From: Eledone cirrhosa
Lineage: Eukaryota
Assembly (NCBI GenBank): GCA_964016885.1
Contig: OZ024742.1
Location: 334,118,001-334,182,000 of the forward strand
Length of the DNA: 64,000 nt
Direction: 5' to 3'
In this document: positions 55,701 through 64,000 of the stretch, piece after piece
Layout: every line of letters begins with the position of its first letter
Numbering within the stretch: the first letter of the stretch is position 1
Position numbers and translations under genes: made by a program
The notes under the pieces: generated by a model
Told to the model about the DNA's origin: nothing
Seen by the model: the letters and a program-made list of their open reading frames with translations, nothing else
Database searches by the model: none

Positions 55701-58700
55701 GTACTGTCTCTACTGCTGCTGTAACTACTACTAGTACTGTCTCTGCTGCTGCTGTAACTACTACTAGTACTGTCTCTACTGCTGCTGTAAATACTACTAG
55801 TATTGTCTCTACTGCTGCTGTAACTACTACTAGTACTGTCTCTACTGCTGCTGTAAATACTACTAGTACTGTCTCTACTGCTGCTGTAACTACTACTAGT
55901 ATTGTCTCTACTGCTGCTGTAACTACTACTAGTTCTGTCTCTACTGCTGCTGTAACTACTACTAGTGCTGTCTCTACTGCTGCTGTAACTACTACTAGTA
56001 CTGTCTCTACTGCTGCTGTAACTACTACTAGTAATGTCTCTACTGCTGCTGTAACTACTACTAGTACTGTCTCTACTGCTGCTGCTGTAGCTACTACTAG
56101 TACTGTGTCTACTGCTGCTGTAACTACTACTAGTTCTGTCTCTACTGCTGCTGTTACTACTACTAGTACTGTCTCTACTGCTGCTGCTGTAACTACTACT
56201 AGTACTGTCTCTACTGCTGCTGTAACTACTACTAGTACTGTCTCTACTGCTGCTGTAACTACTACTAGTACTGTCTCCACTGCTGCTGTAACTACTACTA
56301 GTTCTGTCTCTACTGCTGCTGTAACTACTACTAGTACTGTCTCTACTGCTGCTGTAACTACTACTAGTACTGTCTCCACTGCTGCTGTAACTACTACTAG
56401 TACTGTCTCCACTGCTGCTGTAACTACTACTAGTACTGTCTCCACTGCTGCTGTAACTACTACTAGTACTGTCTCTACTGCTGCTGTAACTACTACTAGT
56501 TCTGTCTCTACTGCTGCTGTAACTACTACTAGTACTGTCTCCACTGCTGCTGTAACTACTACTAGTTCTGTCTCTGCTGCTGCTGTAACTACTACTAGTA
56601 CTGTCTCCACTGCTGCTGTAACTACTACTAGTTCTGTCTCTGCTGCTGCTGTAACTACTACTAGTACTGTCTCCACTGCTGCTGTAACTACTACTAGTAC
56701 TGTCTCCACTGCTGCTGTAACTACTACTAGTTCTGTCTCTACTGCTGCTGTAACTACTACTAGTTCTGTCTCTACTGCTGCTGTAACTACTACTAGTACT
56801 GTCTCTGCTGCTGCTGTAACTACTACTAGTACTGTCTCTACTGCTGCTGTAACTACTACTACTACTGTCTCTACTGCTGCTGTAACTACTACTAGTACTG
56901 TCTCTACTGCTGCTGTAACTACTACTAGTACTGTCTCTACTGCTGCTGTAACTACTACTACTACTGTCTTTACTGCTGCTGTAACTACTACTAGTTCTGT
57001 CTCTGCTGCTGCTGTAACTACTACTAGTACTGTCTCCACTGCTGCTGTAACTACTACTAGTTCTGTCTCTGCTGCTGCTGTAGCTACTACTAGTACTGTC
57101 TCTACTGCTGCTGTAACTACTACTAGTACTGTCTCTACTGCTGCTGTAACTACTACTAGTACTGTCTCTACTGCTGCTGCTGTAACTACTAATAGTTCTG
57201 TCTATACTGCTGCTGTAGCTACTACTAGTACTGTCTCCACTGCTGCTGTAACTACTACTAGTAATGTCTCTACTGCTGCTGCTGTAACTACTACTAGTAC
57301 TGTCTCTACTGTTGCTGTAACTACTACTAGTACTGTCTCCACTGCTGCTGTAACTACTACTAGTTCTGTCTCTACTGCTGCTGTAACTACTACTAGTACT
57401 GTCTCTACTGCTGCTGTAACTACTACTAGTACTGTCTCTACTGCTGCTGTAACTACTACTAGTACTGTCTCTACTGCTGCTGTAACTACTACTAGTAATG
57501 TCTCTACTGCTGCTGTAACTACTACTAGTACTGTGTCTACTGCTGCTGTAACTACTACTAGTACTGTCTCTACTGCTGCTGTAACTACTACTAGTACTGT
57601 CTCTGCTGCTGCTGTAACTACTACTAGTACTGTCTCTACTGCTGCTGTAACTACTACTAGTACTGTCTCTACTGCTGCTGTAACTACTACTAGTACTGTC
57701 TCTACTGCTGCTGTAACTACTACTAGTACTGTCTCTACTGCTGCTGTAACTACTACTAGTAATGTCTCTACTGCTGCTGTAACTACTACTAGTACTGTCT
57801 CTACTGCTGCTGTAACTACTACTAGTACTGTCTCTACTGCTGCTGTAACTACTACTAGTACTGTCTCTGCTGCTGCTGTAACTACTACTAGTACTGTCTC
57901 TGCTGCTGCTGTAACTACTACTAGTACTGTCTCTACTGCTGCTGTAACTACTACTAGTACTGTCTCTACTGCTGCTGTAACTACTACTAGTACTGTCTCC
58001 ACTGCTGCTGCTGTAACTACTACTAGTACTGTCTCTACTGCTGCTGTAACTACTACTAGTACTGTCTCTACTGCTGCTGTAACTACTACTAGTACTGTCT
58101 CTACTGCTGCTGTAACTACTACTACTACTGTCTCTGCTGCTGCTGTAACTACTACTAGTAATGTCTCTACTGCTGCTGTAACTACTACTAGTACTGTCTC
58201 TACTGCTGCTGTAACTACTACTACTACTGTCTCTGCTGCTGCTGTAACTACTACTAGTACTGTCTCTACTGCTGCTGTAACTACCACTACTACTGTCTCT
58301 ACTGCTGCTGTAACTACTACTAGTACTGTCTCCACTGCTGCTGTAACTACTACTAGTACTGTCTCTACTGCTGCTGTAGCTACTACTAGTACTGTCTCTA
58401 CTGCTGCTGTAACTACTACTAGTACTGTCTCTGCTGCTGCTGTAACTACTACTAGTACTGTCTCTACTGCTGCTGTAACTACTACTAGTACTGTCTCTAC
58501 TGCTGCTGTAACTACTACTAGTACTGTCTCCACTGCTGCTGTAACTACTACTAGTTCTGTCTCTTCTGCTGCTGTAACTACTACTAGTACTGTCTCCACT
58601 GCTGCTGTAACTACTACTAGTACTGTCTCTACTGCTGCTGTAACTACTACTAGTACTGTCTCTACTGCTGCTGTAACTACTACTAGTACTGTCTCTACTG

Positions 58701-61700
58701 CTGCTGTAACTACTACTAGTACTGTCTATACTGCTGCTGTAACTACTACTAGTACTGTCTCTACTGCTGCTGCTGTAGCTACTACTAGTTCTGTCTCTAC
58801 TGCTGCTGTAACTACTACTAGTACTGTCTCTACTGCTGCTGCTGTAACTACTACTAGTACTGTCTCTACTGCTGCTGTAACTACTACTAGTACTGTCTCT
58901 ACTGCTGCTGCTGTAGCTACTACTAGTACTGTCTCTGCTGCTGCTGTAACTACTACTAGTTCTGTCTCTACTGCTGCTGTAACTACTACTATTAGTACTG
59001 TCTCTACTGCTGCTGTAGCTACTACTAGTACTGTCTCTGCTGCTGCTGTAACTACTACTAGTACTGTCTCTACTGCTGCAGTAACTACTACTAGTACTGT
59101 CTCTACTGCTGCTGTAACTACTACTAGTACTGTCTCTACTGCTGCTGTAACTACTACTAGTACTGTCTCCACTGCTGCTGTAACTACTACTAGTACTGTC
59201 TCTGCTGCTGCTGTAACTACTACTAGTACTGTCTCTACTGCTGCTGTAACTACTACTAGTACTGTCTCTGCTGCTGCTGTAACTACTACTAGTTCTGTCT
59301 CTACTGTTGCTGTAACTACTACTAGTACTGTCTCTGCTGCTGCTGTATCTACTACTAGTACTGTCTCCACTGCTGCTGTAACTACTACTAGTACTGTCTC
59401 CACTGCTGCTGTAACTACTACTAGTACTGTCTCCACTGCTGCTGTAACTACTACTAGTACTGTCTCTACTGCTGCTGTAACTACTACTAGTTCTGTCTCT
59501 ACTGCTGCTGTAACTACTACTAGTACTGTCTCCACTGCTGCTGTAACTACTACTAGTTCTGTCTCTGCTGCTGCTGTAACTACTACTAGTACTGTCTCCA
59601 CTGCTGCTGTAACTACTACTAGTTCTGTCTCTGCTGCTGCTGTAACTACTACTAGTACTGTCTCCACTGCTGCTGTAACTACTACTAGTACTGTCTCCAC
59701 TGCTGCTGTAACTACTACTAGTTCTGTCTCTACTGCTGCTGTAACTACTACTAGTTCTGTCTCTACTGCTGCTGTAACTACTACTAGTACTGTCTCTGCT
59801 GCTGCTGTAACTACTACTAGTACTGTCTCTACTGCTGCTGTAACTACTACTACTACTGTCTCTACTGCTGCTGTAACTACTACTAGTACTGTCTCTACTG
59901 CTGCTGTAACTACTACTAGTACTGTCTCTACTGCTGCTGTAACTACTACTACTACTGTCTTTACTGCTGCTGTAACTACTACTAGTTCTGTCTCTGCTGC
60001 TGCTGTAACTACTACTAGTACTGTCTCCACTGCTGCTGTAACTACTACTAGTTCTGTCTCTGCTGCTGCTGTAGCTACTACTAGTACTGTCTCTACTGCT
60101 GCTGTAACTACTACTAGTACTGTCTCTACTGCTGCTGTAACTACTACTAGTACTGTCTCTACTGCTGCTGCTGTAACTACTAATAGTTCTGTCTATACTG
60201 CTGCTGTAGCTACTACTAGTACTGTCTCCACTGCTGCTGTAACTACTACTAGTAATGTCTCTACTGCTGCTGCTGTAACTACTACTAGTACTGTCTCTAC
60301 TGTTGCTGTAACTACTACTAGTACTGTCTCCACTGCTGCTGTAACTACTACTAGTTCTGTCTCTACTGCTGCTGTAACTACTACTAGTACTGTCTCTACT
60401 GCTGCTGTAACTACTACTAGTACTGTCTCTACTGCTGCTGTAACTACTACTAGTACTGTCTCTACTGCTGCTGTAACTACTACTAGTAATGTCTCTACTG
60501 CTGCTGTAACTACTACTAGTACTGTGTCTACTGCTGCTGTAACTACTACTAGTACTGTCTCTACTGCTGCTGTAACTACTACTAGTACTGTCTCTGCTGC
60601 TGCTGTAACTACTACTAGTACTGTCTCTACTGCTGCTGTAACTACTACTAGTACTGTCTCTACTGCTGCTGTAACTACTACTAGTACTGTCTCTACTGCT
60701 GCTGTAACTACTACTAGTACTGTCTCTACTGCTGCTGTAACTACTACTAGTAATGTCTCTACTGCTGCTGTAACTACTACTAGTACTGTCTCTACTGCTG
60801 CTGTAACTACTACTAGTACTGTCTCTACTGCTGCTGTAACTACTACTAGTACTGTCTCTGCTGCTGCTGTAACTACTACTAGTACTGTCTCTGCTGCTGC
60901 TGTAACTACTACTAGTACTGTCTCTACTGCTGCTGTAACTACTACTAGTACTGTCTCTACTGCTGCTGTAACTACTACTAGTACTGTCTCCACTGCTGCT
61001 GCTGTAACTACTACTAGTACTGTCTCTACTGCTGCTGTAACTACTACTAGTACTGTCTCTACTGCTGCTGTAACTACTACTAGTACTGTCTCTACTGCTG
61101 CTGTAACTACTACTACTACTGTCTCTGCTGCTGCTGTAACTACTACTAGTAATGTCTCTACTGCTGCTGTAACTACTACTAGTACTGTCTCTACTGCTGC
61201 TGTAACTACTACTACTACTGTCTCTGCTGCTGCTGTAACTACTACTAGTACTGTCTCTACTGCTGCTGTAACTACCACTACTACTGTCTCTACTGCTGCT
61301 GTAACTACTACTAGTACTGTCTCCACTGCTGCTGTAACTACTACTAGTACTGTCTCTACTGCTGCTGTAGCTACTACTAGTACTGTCTCTACTGCTGCTG
61401 TAACTACTACTAGTACTGTCTCTGCTGCTGCTGTAACTACTACTAGTACTGTCTCTACTGCTGCTGTAACTACTACTAGTACTGTCTCTACTGCTGCTGT
61501 AACTACTACTAGTACTGTCTCCACTGCTGCTGTAACTACTACTAGTTCTGTCTCTTCTGCTGCTGTAACTACTACTAGTACTGTCTCCACTGCTGCTGTA
61601 ACTACTACTAGTACTGTCTCTACTGCTGCTGTAACTACTACTAGTACTGTCTCTACTGCTGCTGTAACTACTACTAGTACTGTCTCTACTGCTGCTGTAA

Positions 61701-64000
61701 CTACTACTAGTACTGTCTATACTGCTGCTGTAACTACTACTAGTACTGTCTCTACTGCTGCTGCTGTAGCTACTACTAGTTCTGTCTCTACTGCTGCTGT
61801 AACTACTACTAGTACTGTCTCTACTGCTGCTGCTGTAACTACTACTAGTACTGTCTCTACTGCTGCTGTAACTACTACTAGTACTGTCTCTACTGCTGCT
61901 GCTGTAGCTACTACTAGTACTGTCTCTGCTGCTGCTGTAACTACTACTAGTTCTGTCTCTACTGCTGCTGTAACTACTACTATTAGTACTGTCTCTACTG
62001 CTGCTGTAGCTACTACTAGTACTGTCTCTGCTGCTGCTGTAACTACTACTAGTACTGTCTCTACTGCTGCAGTAACTACTACTAGTACTGTCTCTACTGC
62101 TGCTGTAACTACTACTAGTACTGTCTCTACTGCTGCTGTAACTACTACTAGTACTGTCTCCACTGCTGCTGTAACTACTACTAGTACTGTCTCTGCTGCT
62201 GCTGTAACTACTACTAGTACTGTCTCTACTGCTGCTGTAACTACTACTAGTACTGTCTCTGCTGCTGCTGTAACTACTACTAGTTCTGTCTCTACTGTTG
62301 CTGTAACTACTACTAGTACTGTCTCTGCTGCTGCTGTATCTACTACTAGTACTGTCTCTACTGCTGCTGTAACTACTACTAGTTCTGTCTCTGCTGCTGC
62401 TGTAACTACTACTAGTACTGTCTCCACTGCTGCTGTAACTACTACTAGTACTGTCTCCACTGCTGCTGTAACTACTACTAGTACTGTCTCTACTGCTGCT
62501 GTAACTACTACTAGTTCTGTCTCTGCTGCTGCTGTAACTACTACTAGTACTGCCTCTACTGCTGCTGTAACTACTACTAGTACTGTCTCTACTGCTGCTG
62601 TAACTACTACTAGTACTGTCTCTGCTGCTGCTGTAACTACTACTAGTACTGTCTCTACTGCTGCTGTAAATACTACTAGTATTGTCTCTACTGCTGCTGT
62701 AACTACTACTAGTACTGTCTCTACTGCTGCTGTAAATACTACTAGTACTGTCTCTACTGCTGCTGTAACTACTACTAGTATTGTCTCTACTGCTGCTGTA
62801 ACTACTACTAGTTCTGTCTCTACTGCTGCTGTAACTACTACTAGTGCTGTCTCTACTGCTGCTGTAACTACTACTAGTACTGTCTCTACTGCTGCTGTAA
62901 CTACTACTAGTAATGTCTCTACTGCTGCTGTAACTACTACTAGTACTGTCTCTACTGCTGCTGCTGTAGCTACTACTAGTACTGTGTCTACTGCTGCTGT
63001 AACTACTACTAGTTCTGTCTCTACTGCTGCTGTTACTACTACTAGTACTGTCTCTACTGCTGCTGCTGTAACTACTACTAGTACTGTCTCTACTGCTGCT
63101 GTAACTACTACTAGTACTGTCTCTACTGCTGCTGTAACTACTACTAGTACTGTCTCCACTGCTGCTGTAACTACTACTAGTTCTGTCTCTACTGCTGCTG
63201 TAACTACTACTAGTACTGTCTCTACTGCTGCTGTAACTACTACTAGTACTGTCTCCACTGCTGCTGTAACTACTACTAGTACTGTCTCCACTGCTGCTGT
63301 AACTACTACTAGTACTGTCTCCACTGCTGCTGTAACTACTACTAGTACTGTCTCTACTGCTGCTGTAACTACTACTAGTACTGTCTCCACTGCTGCTGTA
63401 ACTACTACTAGTTCTGTCTCTACTGCTGCTGTAACTACTACTAGTACTGTCTCCACTGCTGCTGTAACTACTACTAGTTCTGTCTCTGCTGCTGCTGTAA
63501 CTACTACTAGTACTGTCTCCACTGCTGCTGTAACTACTACTAGTTCTGTCTCTGCTGCTGCTGTAACTACTACTAGTACTGTCTCCACTGCTGCTGTAAC
63601 TACTACTAGTACTGTCTCCACTGCTGCTGTAACTACTACTAGTTCTGTCTCTACTGCTGCTGTAACTACTACTAGTTCTGTCTCTACTGCTGCTGTAACT
63701 ACTACTAGTACTGTCTCTGCTGCTGCTGTAACTACTACTAGTACTGTCTCTACTGCTGCTGTAACTACTACTACTACTGTCTCTACTGCTGCTGTAACTA
63801 CTACTAGTACTGTCTCTACTGCTGCTGTAACTACTACTAGTACTGTCTCTACTGCTGCTGTAACTACTACTACTACTGTCTTTACTGCTGCTGTAACTAC
63901 TACTAGTTCTGTCTCTGCTGCTGCTGTAACTACTACTAGTACTGTCTCCACTGCTGCTGTAACTACTACTAGTTCTGTCTCTGCTGCTGCTGTAGCTACT
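34730..64000. repeat. Giant minisatellite: 33-bp unit gtctctactgctgctgtaactactactagtact (about 850 copies); 33/36-bp variant in 35050-36850; runs off the window end
   Basis: Direct inspection. The left edge decays gradually into (GCT/ACT/GTT)-rich sequence. Confidence 0.99.
35645..64000 (+). CDS. Putative giant repeat exon encoding Thr/Ser/Ala/Val-rich ([11 protein letters not shown])n, mucin-like O-glycoprotein domain (at least 9452 codons, 3'-incomplete, no ATG)
   Basis: The frame opens after TGA at 35642-44, and the codons at 35645 and 63962 are in the same phase. All minus-strand track ORFs share one phase, so there is no net frameshift. No + frame stop was seen. There are no flanking non-repeat exons or expression evidence. 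Confidence 0.5.

Noticed and set aside
35629-63951. Track ORFs of 434-3160 aa reading ([11 protein letters not shown])n on the minus strand
   Set aside because: They start at internal GTG codons created by tct>tcc variants, the frame has six internal stops, and the product would be implausibly hydrophobic. They are best explained as a shadow of the repeat.
34730-64000. CRISPR array or telomeric repeat interpretation of the 33-bp periodicity
   Set aside because: There are no unique spacers, no cas genes and the context is eukaryotic. The unit is not a TTAGGG-type repeat.
35645-64000. Firm call as an antifreeze (glyco)protein
   Set aside because: T-A-A occurs only once per unit rather than as contiguous (TAA)n, and the 11-residue period lacks the Ala-rich helix composition of type I AFP. 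Kept only as an analogy.

Overview
Eukaryotic, AT-rich, repeat-dense animal DNA. The (TA)n/(CA)n/(GA)n microsatellites and the SINE types resemble octopus/cephalopod genomes, which is inference only. No conventional host gene is recognisable, and most ORF-track entries in 1-34.7 kb are microsatellite artefacts. Left half (1-34.7 kb): retroelement remnants (two RTE-type LINE 3' ends, a decayed L1/Tx1 LINE, a Penelope-like GIY-YIG fragment between two pLTRs, SINEs), many fold-back inverted repeats inserted at (TA)n tracts, and a dense set of type I hammerhead ribozyme (HHR) motifs. About 14 HHR-like motifs from at least 7 sequence families are visible, several with the U3-A8 core variant and palindromic stem III. 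Five of them sit in a tandem/inverted array of a ~590-bp retrozyme-like unit. Right half (34.7-64 kb): one giant 33-bp minisatellite with kb-scale higher-order duplications. It holds a + strand reading frame that the ORF track missed (35645 to the window end, at least 9452 codons, no stop seen) encoding ([11 protein letters not shown])n, a nearly proline-free, uncharged mucin/antifreeze-glycoprotein-like repeat. Whether it is transcribed cannot be decided from this window.
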